From a candidate division CSSED10-310 bacterium (GTDB lineage: Bacteria > CSSED10-310 > JAFGJC01), in the NCBI GenBank assembly GCA_016927905.1, contig JAFGLW010000013.1:159810-223809 (forward strand): a DNA stretch of 64,000 nucleotides, in the 5' to 3' direction. Within the stretch, counting starts at the first letter, position 1. Each line of letters opens with the position of its first letter. Position numbers and translations under genes: made by a program. This document shows positions 1 through 9,611 of this stretch, one piece after another. The notes below the pieces were generated by a model. It worked only from the letters and a program-made list of their open reading frames with translations, searched no databases and was not told the DNA's origin.

Positions 1-2874
1 GATTTCCTTAACGGTACGACCGGTGATGATCTTGTGCATCATCGCGAATGCGGGTCTCAACGCCGGCGGAATAATGGGGCCTCGGGTCAGGTGCGTGATG
101 CTTGATTCTGGAGGCAGGATTATTTCTCCGAGGGGAACCGGCGTATCCCGGTTCCGGGCTTCCAGATACCCCTTGCGGATCAGCCCGAGAACCGTCAAAT
201 CGAAAACCGGTTTGGACATACCCATCGAGGAGGATGCCAGATCGGTGCGGAGTTCATCCAGGGGAATCTCGGTTTTCAGCAGATGGCTGGAATCGTCCGA
301 AACCGGCGGGATCCGATCCATGATGGCTTTTGCCCCCGCGCAATTCCGTGCCGATACGGACAGCAGATACTCCTTTTCAACCCGCGTCGCCATGCCCAGC
401 GGCATGACGATCCGGTTCAAGGCCGACTCCAGTGTATCATCTCTTCCCGGTCGAATCTCGCCGATCCGCCCCGGCAATATGAATTTCTCCAGCAGCAGAT
501 CCATCAGGATCCGCCCGCTGAACTCCATTTCCGGGGCGACCTGGTGATGATCCGGGAACCGCGCGGCGAAAGCCGGTTTGAGTATGCTGGATATCCACTG
601 ATCGAAATGATCGAATCCCGGATCGGGATGCAGCTTCCGGTACCCGGAAGCGAGGTACAGCGTGCCGGAAAGGTAGCAGTGCATCATGGTTCGCTGGATC
701 CGGGGAAGCAGTGTGCCGATACGGTCGTTCAGCTGGCGGAGCAGCTGCGGGGATTCGGCTGAATCTCGATCGGCGAGATCTTGGGCCATCCTTCGGCAGA
801 TGAACAGTTCCAGGAATGCATCCAGCATGTCCGGGTTTTCCGGGATTGAAGGCAGGCAGAAACCCCAGTTGCCTGAGAAGAAAGCGCTTTCTTTGGCCAG
901 GAAACCCTGGAGCGAAAGTTTCTGGTTGTCCAGGTCGCCCAGCCAACCCAGCACCAGGATGAAATCCAGATCGGCACTCCGCAGTTTTTCCCGGAATCCG
1001 GCAAAGATTTCCGGCCGGATCTCCCCGGCATGACTCAGAGTGACCCCGACTCTCCGAATGGTGTTTTCCCAGCGCACCGAATCTCTCTCCCCGGTCCGGT
1101 TCAGAATGAGGGCCAGCGGAAACTTCCCGTGAGCCAGTGTGGCGTAAGCGGTCCGGACGATTTCCACCGAAAGCGGTGACAAATCCCGTTTCTGGCGTTG
1201 AATTTGAAAATCGAGGGTTTCCGAAGCTTGGGTGTCGATGTCGAGGGTGTAGATATTGTCCAGAACGGTTTGACCGGAAATCAGGCGCAGGTGGCCGATT
1301 TTTCTGAGTATTTCCGAGAGAATCCTGTCGTGGAAGTATTCGTAGTTGATATCTCCGGCGGGCAGCGATGCATCGATGGTCCGATACAGAATCATATCGG
1401 CCAGCTCCCGGACGGTCCGGGTCTCCTTCAGCGGGGAAATAGCCAGTAGAATCAATATCTTGATGATGCGAAGGGCGCATTCCCGATCGGCCGGATCGGT
1501 GAAGACACCGGTGATTCTGGGCTGGAAATGTCCGGTATAGGCCTGATGGAAGCGGGAAAACCGGGGGGAATCGGACAGCCGGTCCTGAAAATGGTCGAAT
1601 ATGACATCCGGAGTCAGCAGGTGATCCGGAGGTTCACCCAGAATTCCCGGAATATTGTCTTCCGGTCTGCCCCGTATCCGGGCGTTCAGAAAATCCACGA
1701 TTCCCCGTCGCTGAGAAAAAAGATCGGAATTTTTATCCAGCAGCTCAAGCGTTTCCGGGTGGACCGGGTAGATCTGAATGAATTCATCCAGCCCCAGATT
1801 GATCCGGTTGAACGCCCGGCGGATGGTCTCGAATACCGCTTTGATTTCCGTCGGATCCCCTTTCCGTCGGATCAGGCGCCGTGAAACCAGTTGACGCAGG
1901 TGTTTGGAAGTCAGCCGGAGGCGGTGGGAATACCGGTCCTTGATTTTTTTGAATACCGGTTCGGGTATATCTCCGGTCCGTTCCAGATTCTCCTGGAGCG
2001 CTGCGATGATCCAGATGGGCAGATGCCGGGAGATTTCACCGAGAAATTGGAGATACCGGGTATCCTCGTTCAGGGATTGCACATCCGGTTTCGATTTGAG
2101 GAATTCGGACAGCTCGTCAATTACAAGCACCACGCCGTCCCAGTTCGAATTCCGGAGTGAGCGGATCAGTTCATCCATCACTGTTCTGCGGTCCGGTGCC
2201 ACCTTGAATGGCACCGGCTCCTCCCGGTCATCAAGATACTGATGGATCAGGGTATGGGCCGAAGCCGGATCTTCCCGCTGGATTCTTTCCCAGGAATATT
2301 CCCTGCCCAGGCGACGGGCGAGAAATCCTGAAAAATCCGCCTGGTGAACCGGGAGGATATAACGGTCGAACAGGGACAGAAACCTCCGTGTATGACTCAA
2401 CAGCAGGGGGATCCCCTCGCTCGCGGCGGTCACTTCCACCGAACCCCACACGATTTCCTCCAGTGACAGGTCGGCGGTGAAATCGGTCAGCGCGATGACC
2501 ACCGGTAGATATCGTTTTCCGGCTACCGATTCTCCGATGAAAGCCAGATCCGGATCCTGGCCCGCGATGGTGGTCCGGGCCCAGTTGTATTTCAGAGCCA
2601 GAGTCAGAACGGACAGGAGATGGCTTTTTCCGGAACCGTAGTTCCCCGTTATGAAAAAACCGCGTCCTTCGGGGCATGACAAAGCCGGAAAGATGACCGC
2701 CAGGATTTCCCGGATATCTTCGGTGACGACGAAGGTGTTTGCCAGCTGTTCCAGAGCGGCTCGGCCGACCGGATCATCCGGATCAAGATCCCGGGTATCG
2801 GCAATTTCAATGACGGTCTGAACTTCAGGAACCTCGATCAAATCGCCGATACGGACTCGATTATCCTGTTTCAC
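1..2874 (-). CDS. Large P-loop ATPase, BrxC/PglY/DUF6079-like; 3' end runs off the window (>=958 codons)
   Basis: Missing from the ORF track because no stop falls in the window. Read manually in one frame from GTG at 2874 (overlapping the upstream TAG): VKQDNRVRIGDLIEVPEVQTVIEI..., Walker A GNYGSGKSHL (~2615-2645), Walker B VVLVIDELSEF (~2100-2135), IYPVHPET. Confidence 0.8.
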   Translation of the reverse strand, partial: MKQDNRVRIGDLIEVPEVQTVIEIADTRDLDPDDPVGRAALEQLANTFVVTEDIREILAVIFPALSCPEGRGFFITGNYGSGKSHLLSVLTLALKYNWARTTIAGQDPDLAFIGESVAGKRYLPVVIALTDFTADLSLEEIVWGSVEVTAASEGIPLLLSHTRRFLSLFDRYILPVHQADFSGFLARRLGREYSWERIQREDPASAHTLIHQYLDDREEPVPFKVAPDRRTVMDELIRSLRNSNWDGVVLVIDELSEFLKSKPDVQSLNEDTRYLQFLGEISRHLPIWIIAALQENLERTGDIPEPVFKKIKDRYSHRLRLTSKHLRQLVSRRLIRRKGDPTEIKAVFETIRRAFNRINLGLDEFIQIYPVHPETLELLDKNSDLFSQRRGIVDFLNARIRGRPEDNIPGILGEPPDHLLTPDVIFDHFQDRLSDSPRFSRFHQAYTGHFQPRITGVFTDPADRECALRIIKILILLAISPLKETRTVRELADMILYRTIDASLPAGDINYEYFHDRILSEILRKIGHLRLISGQTVLDNIYTLDIDTQASETLDFQIQRQKRDLSPLSVEIVRTAYATLAHGKFPLALILNRTGERDSVRWENTIRRVGVTLSHAGEIRPEIFAGFREKLRSADLDFILVLGWLGDLDNQKLSLQGFLAKESAFFSGNWGFCLPSIPENPDMLDAFLELFICRRMAQDLADRDSAESPQLLRQLNDRIGTLLPRIQRTMMHCYLSGTLYLASGYRKLHPDPGFDHFDQWISSILKPAFAARFPDHHQVAPEMEFSGRILMDLLLEKFILPGRIGEIRPGRDDTLESALNRIVMPLGMATRVEKEYLLSVSARNCAGAKAIMDRIPPVSDDSSHLLKTEIPLDELRTDLASSSMGMSKPVFDLTVLGLIRKGYLEARNRDTPVPLGEIILPPESSITHLTRGPIIPPALRPAFAMMHKIITGRTVKEI

Positions 2875-3479
2875 TATTCGGTTTGTGAATTTTTGTTGAA
2901 TATAAACTCAAACGGGTTTGTTGATTTCTGGCCGTCTGCTGGTCCCGGGTTTTCACCTGTTTTCTTGCGTTCCTGAGCCATTTTCAGCGCCCGGATCAGG
3001 GGGTTCTCCTGCATTTCCGGGTCATCCACCGAAGGAATTGTTTCCGGTGATTCGTCCGAGGGCGGATCGCCGGTTTCGGAAAACTTGTGATCGTGCGGCG
3101 GAGCGTATTCATGGCCGGCGGTACCGCCATTGTCGGGAGATTCCCGGTCGGCCTGCAAAACCCGCCTGGGTACAGCGGCCTGCCCGGATTCATCTCCACC
3201 GATATCCGATATCTCCCCGACCGGTTCCCCCGCGGCGGGACTCCCGGGTGAAAAATCGACAGAAGTTCCCCTTTCAACACCCATCTCGTCCATTTTCATG
3301 CTTTTTTCCGCCGGCGTATCCGGATTGTCGGGTTTGGCGGCCAATCCCGACAAAACCGCGCGGCAGGCCGATTTCTGCGGCTGGTAGAATCCGAAATACA
3401 GCACGGATACGCCCAGCGCCAGGCTCACTGAGAACGCCAGCGTAAACGGAACCAGAAACGAAAAGCTTTTTCGCGACAT
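2874..3479 (-). CDS. Hypothetical protein with N-terminal membrane anchor and acidic, low-complexity body (201 aa)
   Basis: Hydrophobic N-terminus FLVPFTLAFSVSLALGVSVLYFGFY; stop overlaps the start of the downstream ATPase (TAGTG). Confidence 0.6.
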   Translation of the reverse strand: MSRKSFSFLVPFTLAFSVSLALGVSVLYFGFYQPQKSACRAVLSGLAAKPDNPDTPAEKSMKMDEMGVERGTSVDFSPGSPAAGEPVGEISDIGGDESGQAAVPRRVLQADRESPDNGGTAGHEYAPPHDHKFSETGDPPSDESPETIPSVDDPEMQENPLIRALKMAQERKKTGENPGPADGQKSTNPFEFIFNKNSQTE

Positions 3480-3605
3480 GATCTTAAACAGTCTATCCTT
3501 GATTTCTGCTTACCCCCCGAAAGAATTTCTTCGACGAAGCACCTCCAGAGTGAACATCTGATGTCCGGCGGCGGTTCCTGAAAATTTCTCCGGGGGAGCA
3601 AGCGG

Positions 3606-3965
3606 TCAATGCACGATCAGATCGGTAAAAGGAGATGCATAGATCAGGATCAGGGCGATGACCAGTGTGTAAAGAGCAAGCGATTCGATGAGCGCCAGTC
3701 CGATGATCAGAAGCGTTTGAATATCCTTGTAGGCCGTCGGCTGCCTTCCGATGCTGTCCATGGCACGGGCAATCGCTTTCGACTGGGCGATCCCGCAGAC
3801 GGCCGAGGCAATCGCCATGGCGAATGCGCAGGATGCGGCCACGACACTGAAGAAATACGCCTTGTCGCTCATGGCGGCACCACTCGATTCCGCAGCCAGA
3901 ACCTTGCCTGAAGCGCATGTGATCATGAGAATCAACAAGAGGTACATCCAAACCTTTCGCGTCAT
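3606..3965 (-). CDS. atpE: F0F1 ATP synthase subunit c with signal-peptide-like N-terminal extension
   Basis: Loop GRQP, ion-binding helix LIESLALY; AAGGAG RBS before ATG 3965. Confidence 0.93.
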   Translation of the reverse strand: MTRKVWMYLLLILMITCASGKVLAAESSGAAMSDKAYFFSVVAASCAFAMAIASAVCGIAQSKAIARAMDSIGRQPTAYKDIQTLLIIGLALIESLALYTLVIALILIYASPFTDLIVH

Positions 3966-4030
3966 AGAAATACTCCTTCCAGCCAAAGATGGTTCATCGG
4001 TTCCGATATCCGGGTGTGCAAGGTCATCTC

Positions 4031-4741
4031 CTAATGCTCTTCCTCTGCAACCGCACCGGCGATATACATCATGGATAACATAACAAAAATAAACGCCTGT
4101 AAAAAGGACGTGAATATGGCAAACATCATCATCGGGATCGGAACAATGTAAGGCACTAATATAAACAGGATGATGATGATGATGTCCTCACCCATGATAT
4201 TACCGAAAAGCCGGATGGACAGCGACATCACCCGGGCCGTATGACTGATCAGTTCCAGCGGGAACAACAGGGGCGCGATGGCCGGCATGGGACCGGCGAA
4301 ATGTTTCAAATACTTGACCAGCCCGTTATCCTTGATGCCCTGATAATGATAATAGAAAAAAACCACGAGAGCGCACGCCAGGGTGACATTCAGGTTGCTC
4401 GTGGGTGATTTGCAGAACGGGAACAGACCGATCAGATTACCCAGCAATATGAACAGCGCCAGGGTTGTGATCAGGGGGAAATATCGCGGCCCTTTCGGGC
4501 CGATGACCGAGGTCAGGAACCCATTGATCAGATCGAAGAACGACTCGATGATATTCTGCAGACCGCTGGGTATCAGCGACAGCCGGCTGCGGACGAAAAG
4601 AGACAGTCCCACCAGCATTCCGATCACCAGAACAGTCTGGACAACATGATCCGGGATGGCGGGTGGTTCCACCGGAAGACCGAGCAGTTGGTTTATTTTC
4701 TGAGTCACCCACAGGGTATGCTCGATCGTTCCGCCCGCCAT
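4031..4741 (-). CDS. atpB: F0F1 ATP synthase subunit a
   Basis: PTSNLN, SLSIRLFGNIMGE (conserved Arg), FLQAFIFVMLSMMY. Confidence 0.96.
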   Translation of the reverse strand: MAGGTIEHTLWVTQKINQLLGLPVEPPAIPDHVVQTVLVIGMLVGLSLFVRSRLSLIPSGLQNIIESFFDLINGFLTSVIGPKGPRYFPLITTLALFILLGNLIGLFPFCKSPTSNLNVTLACALVVFFYYHYQGIKDNGLVKYLKHFAGPMPAIAPLLFPLELISHTARVMSLSIRLFGNIMGEDIIIIILFILVPYIVPIPMMMFAIFTSFLQAFIFVMLSMMYIAGAVAEEEH

Positions 4742-4745
4742 CGTT

Positions 4746-5117
4746 TTATTCTCTCACCTGTTTCAAGCCCAAGGATAGGAAGGAAATAATGGTGGAAACA
4801 ACGATTGCAGTCAAGCCCCAAATCAACCCGATCCCGCTGACATGCAATTTGACCATCAGAAAATACAGGATAAAACCCCAGAAACAGAGTTTAACCAGAA
4901 ATCCCGGTACCAGAAGATATTTCAGCGCTGATCTTCCGGGCTTGAACAATCCGGTGGTCAGGAGGCAGATGGCGGCAAAATTCAGTGCGCCGATCACACC
5001 GCCACCTGCAATACCGGCGGTCATCTCCGGATGACCGGTCATTCCGGAAATCAGGCACATCAGCGCCAGGATCGCCGCTCCGGTTCCGAAAACACGCACT
5101 GTCAGTCGCCGGATCAT
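4746..5117 (-). CDS. atpI: ATP synthase protein I (4-TM accessory subunit)
   Basis: Hydrophobic ~123 aa, GGVIGALNF motif, directly upstream of atpB; ATG overlaps the atpZ stop (ATGA). Confidence 0.8.
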   Translation of the reverse strand: MIRRLTVRVFGTGAAILALMCLISGMTGHPEMTAGIAGGGVIGALNFAAICLLTTGLFKPGRSALKYLLVPGFLVKLCFWGFILYFLMVKLHVSGIGLIWGLTAIVVSTIISFLSLGLKQVRE

Positions 5118-5404
5118 TGATTGTGCAACCTGCCGATCATCCGGAACAGGGTATAAAATGCGGATGCGATGCCGATGCCCAAACCGGTGAGTATTCCGTA
5201 GGGATTGGAGTTGAAAATCGAATCGAACCACAAACCCATGATCAGCCCGATGCAGATGCAGACAACAAATTCGATTCCGATGGATGCCGCCCGGCTGATT
5301 TTGCCCCACGGCGGCCGGCTGCTTTCGGAAGGTCCATCCGGGGTATGAAGAACTCCCGAGCCGGGTTCTGGTTTTTCCGGTGCGTTGCCGGCCATATTGG
5401 ACAT
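5114..5404 (-). CDS. AtpZ/AtpI-family (AtpR-like) 2-TM ATP synthase accessory protein
   Basis: IGIEFVVCICIGLIMGLWFD...PYGILTGLGIG pattern; first gene of the atp cluster; start supported by the promoter 7 nt upstream. Confidence 0.8.
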   Translation of the reverse strand: MSNMAGNAPEKPEPGSGVLHTPDGPSESSRPPWGKISRAASIGIEFVVCICIGLIMGLWFDSIFNSNPYGILTGLGIGIASAFYTLFRMIGRLHNQ

Positions 5405-5411
5405 GCAGTCA

Positions 5412-5440
5412 ACTGTAAGGCAAGAATGCTCCGAATACAA
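5412..5440 (-). promoter_or_regulatory. Sigma70-type promoter for atpZ-I-B-E (leaderless)
   Basis: TTGTAT-17 nt-TACAGT, then 7 nt to ATG 5404. Confidence 0.6.
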
Positions 5441-5482
5441 CATGAGACGGTCGAGCCGGATGATCCGCAGTCCCGGCCGCTC

Positions 5483-5511
5483 TTGCACGTGAAACAGTCA
5501 AACCGTAAGAT
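5483..5511 (+). promoter_or_regulatory. Sigma70-type promoter for the GT-C-like gene (leaderless)
   Basis: TTGCAC-17 nt-TAAGAT, then 7 nt to ATG 5519. Confidence 0.55.
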
Positions 5512-5518
5512 CAGGATG

Positions 5519-7090
5519 ATGTCCAGCCGGATTCGAATTGTGACGGCGCTCCTGATACCGGCATTGTGGTGCCTGCCGGTCGTGACGGGTTATCTCTCCT
5601 CGGTCGAACCGGACCGCGTATTTCTCGGGTGGATGCGATCGGACGATTTCCATCGTTACGGCAGTTTCATCGAACAGACGGCGAGATTACAGCGGGTTCT
5701 GTACATGGATTATTCCACGGTTGAGCATCAATCACCCCGGATGATTGCCCTGTATTTCACCGTGCTCGGATGGATCAAACGCCTGACCGGCTGTGCCGCC
5801 CAGGACCTGTGGCTGTGGTCGCGGCTGGCAGTCGGTGCCGTGTTCATCCTGACCCTTTACAGAATCCTGTCCGTTAACCTGAAGCCCGACAACACCCGAA
5901 TCGTCACGACTTTCCTGCTGATACTGACATCATGCGGGTGGGAATGGCTCACCCGTCCGTCCGGTATTCAGCTTCCCCGCTGGAACAACTTCTGGATGGA
6001 CGGATTCTCCACGTTCAATTCCTTTCACAATCCATTGAAAATAGCCGGAATCGCGCTGGGATTGATGTTTTTTCAGCTGCATTTGCAATATGAACGGAAG
6101 GGAACAGCACGATCCTGGCTCCCGTGTGCCCTCATGTTCCTGATCCTGTGGGGCGTCCATCCCAACAGCGCCGTTCCGGTCTATTGCGGGCTGGTGGTTC
6201 TGGCGGCGCTTCCGGCCGGGCGCGCTGCGCCGGCCGGCCTGCGGCGACGCTGGCTTCGCATTCTGCCTTACTTCGCTCCGGCCGCCGTGGTCATGGCATA
6301 TATCGTCTGGATGAATACCGATCCCATGACTTCGCATATCATCCGGCAATATCGAATCCCGTTCTCCTCGGAACCGCTCCGGACATACATCTTCCGGTAC
6401 GGTTTCATCCTGCCGTTCGGTATCTGGGGCATCTTCAGCGCGATCTGGCGGCGGAATCCCTTTGAGTATCTGATGATCGGCTGGCTCGGGGGAGCGGTGT
6501 TTTTTTCGCTGTATCCGTATATGACGGGATTGCTTTATCAGCACATGGTTCACCTGCCGCTGGCTTTTTTCGCCGCCGAACCGCTCAGCGCGATCTTCAA
6601 GAAAACCGGTTCCGTCAGCCGTCTGGGTTTGATCGGCTTGCTTGCCGGGACTTTCCTTATGGGGGACGCCGCGGTTCTGATCCAGGCCAGCCGTCAAACG
6701 CGGGAAGATGTCTGGCCGACATCCCTGTACGCCTCCCGGTTTGAACTGAATGCCATGGATTTTCTCAGGGATCTTCCCCAGGGTAATGTTCTGGTAAACC
6801 GGGATACCGGCAACAAGATCGGGTGGCTGTCACTTAAAAACGTGTTCCTGGGGCACTGGGGAACCACACCGGACAAGGGCCGCAAGACAAGAGAACTGAG
6901 GATGTTCTATGATCGGGGAACCACCCCATCCGACCGGATCAAGATCCTGAACCGGTACCGCATCCTGTACATCTGGTATGGTCCCCGCGAAAAGGATCTG
7001 GGACCGCTCGATGCAGCCCTCCCACTGGAATTAATCTATCGGAACCGGGATGTGGACCTCTATCGGATTCAAGCGCCGATGGAACACTGA
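5519..7090 (+). CDS. Polytopic membrane protein, probable GT-C-fold glycosyltransferase
   Basis: About 11 TM segments, DD in the first loop (RSDDFHRY), C-terminal soluble domain ending ILNRYRILYIWYGPRE...LIYRNRDVDLYRI. Start could also be 5516. Confidence 0.6.
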   Translation: MSSRIRIVTALLIPALWCLPVVTGYLSSVEPDRVFLGWMRSDDFHRYGSFIEQTARLQRVLYMDYSTVEHQSPRMIALYFTVLGWIKRLTGCAAQDLWLWSRLAVGAVFILTLYRILSVNLKPDNTRIVTTFLLILTSCGWEWLTRPSGIQLPRWNNFWMDGFSTFNSFHNPLKIAGIALGLMFFQLHLQYERKGTARSWLPCALMFLILWGVHPNSAVPVYCGLVVLAALPAGRAAPAGLRRRWLRILPYFAPAAVVMAYIVWMNTDPMTSHIIRQYRIPFSSEPLRTYIFRYGFILPFGIWGIFSAIWRRNPFEYLMIGWLGGAVFFSLYPYMTGLLYQHMVHLPLAFFAAEPLSAIFKKTGSVSRLGLIGLLAGTFLMGDAAVLIQASRQTREDVWPTSLYASRFELNAMDFLRDLPQGNVLVNRDTGNKIGWLSLKNVFLGHWGTTPDKGRKTRELRMFYDRGTTPSDRIKILNRYRILYIWYGPREKDLGPLDAALPLELIYRNRDVDLYRIQAPMEH

Positions 7091-8187
7091 ACCGCCAGGG
7101 AATGAAATGCGGCGCGCACCCGGTTGAATCCCTCGCCGCTTCCTCCATGATAGGAACGGTTCGTCAACAAGATGATGATCAGGTCCCGCGCGGGATCGAT
7201 CCAGAAACTCGTGCCGCTGAAACCGTTGTGACCGAATGCGCGGTCGGAAAGCGCCCCGCCGGTCGAAACACTCGAGCACGCCATCTGCCATCCCAGGCCT
7301 CTGGAAGCGTTCAATCCGGGTGTCTGGTTCCGCACGGATTCGCGGACAGATTTTTCGTCGAGTATCCGGATTCCGTCCAGGATTCCTCCGTTCAGGATGC
7401 ACCGGCCGAAACGAAGCAGGTCATCGGCGGTGGAAAACAGTCCTGCGTTTCCGCCTTCCCCCCGGGCCGTGTATGCGTTGCCATCCTGCACTTCACCATG
7501 GAGTCTGTGCCGGCGCCAGCCGGTATAGAATCTCCCGGACTCACCCGCCATATCCCGTTCGGTCCGGTTTCCCATCTCCGTCGGCGCGATGCGGCGCTTC
7601 AACCGGGCCGGGGGATTGAACATGGTGTCATTCATAAGCAGGGGCTGGAAGATGTCGGACCGGGTATGGGAAGTCAGAGACCGGCCGGTCAGTCTTCGAA
7701 CGATCTCGCCCAGCAGGATGTATCCCGGGCAGCTGTAGATCACTTCTGATCCGGGTTGTGCCTTAAGTGGAGTTCTTGCGATGGCGTCGATCATTCCGGC
7801 TGTGTCTTCCGCTTCCAGGTAGAGTGGTTTCCAGGCGGGGAGACCGGAAGTGTGGGTCAGTAGCTGGCGGATGGTGATGGACCGTTTATCTGGGGAATTC
7901 AGTTCATCGAGAATCCGGAAGACCGGGGATTCCAATTCGAGGATTCCCGCCTGGCACAGCCTGAGAATCGAAGTGGTCGTGGCGACCGGTTTGGTCAGGG
8001 AGGCGATGTCATATATGGTAGACGGATCGGCGGTATTATCCGGTTTTTCCGGATCCGGCACGCCGAATCCCCGGCGGAACAGGATGGTACCCCCGAGACA
8101 TATGATTACCGATGCACCGGGGAATGTGCCCCTGTCCCGGTGACCGGTCAGGAATTCAACAATCGGCTGAAACGCGGGGCGATTCAT
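7069..8187 (-). CDS. Serine hydrolase, beta-lactamase class C/AmpC family
   Basis: SxxK (IASLTK), LLTHTSGL, YSCPGY, FGHNGFSGT motifs. Confidence 0.9.
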   Translation of the reverse strand: MNRPAFQPIVEFLTGHRDRGTFPGASVIICLGGTILFRRGFGVPDPEKPDNTADPSTIYDIASLTKPVATTTSILRLCQAGILELESPVFRILDELNSPDKRSITIRQLLTHTSGLPAWKPLYLEAEDTAGMIDAIARTPLKAQPGSEVIYSCPGYILLGEIVRRLTGRSLTSHTRSDIFQPLLMNDTMFNPPARLKRRIAPTEMGNRTERDMAGESGRFYTGWRRHRLHGEVQDGNAYTARGEGGNAGLFSTADDLLRFGRCILNGGILDGIRILDEKSVRESVRNQTPGLNASRGLGWQMACSSVSTGGALSDRAFGHNGFSGTSFWIDPARDLIIILLTNRSYHGGSGEGFNRVRAAFHSLAVQCSIGA

Positions 8188-8575
8188 ATCCCGATCGGGC
8201 GGCCGGCTGGTCCGGCCCGGCATGATTCCGGGAAATCATGATGATACCCATCAGAATGAGAATGATTCCCGCAATCTGAATGGCCGAAAGATGTTCTTTG
8301 AAAAGGAAGTAACCGGCGATACCGATGATGGCAAATCCGGTGCCGGTCATGATGGGATAGGCGATGGAAATGGGGATTTTGATCAACGCCTGGGTATATG
8401 CCAGGACATTGAGTGCGAACATGAAGATCCCGATGATCACGGGCCAGGAAGTCAGGTAATGTCTCGCCGCCGCCGCCATCCCGCCGCTCTGGGGAGCTTG
8501 GATCATTCCCGCTTTCATCAGCAGGTTCGCCACGGCATTGAACACCAGCGCCACAATGAGAAATAGAATATGCAC
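8156..8575 (-). CDS. SMR/DMT family small multidrug-type transporter
   Basis: 4 TM segments, IPISIAYPI, FKEHLS; EmrE/EamA-like pattern. Confidence 0.8.
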   Translation of the reverse strand: MHILFLIVALVFNAVANLLMKAGMIQAPQSGGMAAAARHYLTSWPVIIGIFMFALNVLAYTQALIKIPISIAYPIMTGTGFAIIGIAGYFLFKEHLSAIQIAGIILILMGIIMISRNHAGPDQPAARSGYESPRVSADC

Positions 8576-8587
8576 GGCAATACCCTC

Positions 8588-9598
8588 TCAATACTTCTTG
8601 GGGTCGAACGCGTACCGGACACCTTCTCCGATAAGATTCAACAGCGAAAGCGTGATAAATAATGCAGCCGACGGAAATGTAGCCAACCACCAGGCCGTTG
8701 TAAAGTGCCGTTTGCCCTGGTTGAGAAGTTCCCCCCAGGATGCGGTCGGCGGAGGCACCCCGAAACCCAGAAAATCCAGCCCGGCCAGGCCCATGATTCC
8801 GCCGGCCACGGCGAACGGGGAAAATGTGATGACCGGATTCAGGGCGTTGGGAAGAATCTGGCGGAAAATGATTTTTCCAGGTTTCATTCCCAGGGCCCGG
8901 CACGCTTCAACAAATTCAAACTTGCGCAACCGGAGGAATTCCGCCCGGATATAATAGGATATCCCCACCCATCCGAACAGGCTGGACAACACGATCAGAA
9001 GCCAGATAGTGGGCTGGAAAATGGCGATCAGAATGATCAGAAGGAAGAAATACGGTACCGCAGTATATATCTCGATGATTCGTTGCCCGATAAAATCCAG
9101 CCTTCCGCCGGCATATCCCTGAACCGATCCGAACAGAATTCCCAGAATGTAAGACAGGATCCAGACACAGGTCGCATATAACATCGACACCCGGAATCCA
9201 TAGATGATCCGGGTCAGGACGTCCCGGCCGCGGTCATCAGTACCGAGCGGGTTCAAGCGGGAGGGGGGAGCCGGAAAACGGGGGACATTCTTGTTTATTT
9301 CGTACGGGGACCAACGGATCGGCGGGAACAGAATGACCACCCGGTCGGAGGCGCGGTATTGAAAGGTTTTGTAATCCATCACAATCCGGTCCCGGACACC
9401 GAATTCTGCAGGATGGTATGTCCGAATCATCGGGAAATAAAATTTTCCCCGGTACATCATGAAATACGGTTTGTTGTTGGCGATCAGTTCCGCGGCCATG
9501 CCGATGCAGAATATCAATCCGAACAAGATCAGAGATCCATATGCGCTTCTGCGGCGCCTGAACGCCCGGAAATACCGTCGTGTTTCTGCGCTGGACAT
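8588..9598 (-). CDS. Peptide ABC transporter permease (OppC/YejE-like)
   Basis: LGTDDRGRDV, EAA loop FVEACRALG, ILPNAL, SWGELL. Confidence 0.92.
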   Translation of the reverse strand: MSSAETRRYFRAFRRRRSAYGSLILFGLIFCIGMAAELIANNKPYFMMYRGKFYFPMIRTYHPAEFGVRDRIVMDYKTFQYRASDRVVILFPPIRWSPYEINKNVPRFPAPPSRLNPLGTDDRGRDVLTRIIYGFRVSMLYATCVWILSYILGILFGSVQGYAGGRLDFIGQRIIEIYTAVPYFFLLIILIAIFQPTIWLLIVLSSLFGWVGISYYIRAEFLRLRKFEFVEACRALGMKPGKIIFRQILPNALNPVITFSPFAVAGGIMGLAGLDFLGFGVPPPTASWGELLNQGKRHFTTAWWLATFPSAALFITLSLLNLIGEGVRYAFDPKKY

Positions 9599-9611
9599 AT
9601 CTTCGAATCCT

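Noticed and set aside
3606-5404. ATP synthase cluster lacking atpF and the F1 genes
   Set aside because: Split atp operons (atpIBE separate from atpFHAGDC) are known in several phyla, so this is not novel by itself.
4985-5515. N-terminal 177 aa of the 701-aa ORF
   Set aside because: It overlaps atpI/atpZ on the opposite strand; the promoter and hydrophobic start point to ATG 5516/5519.
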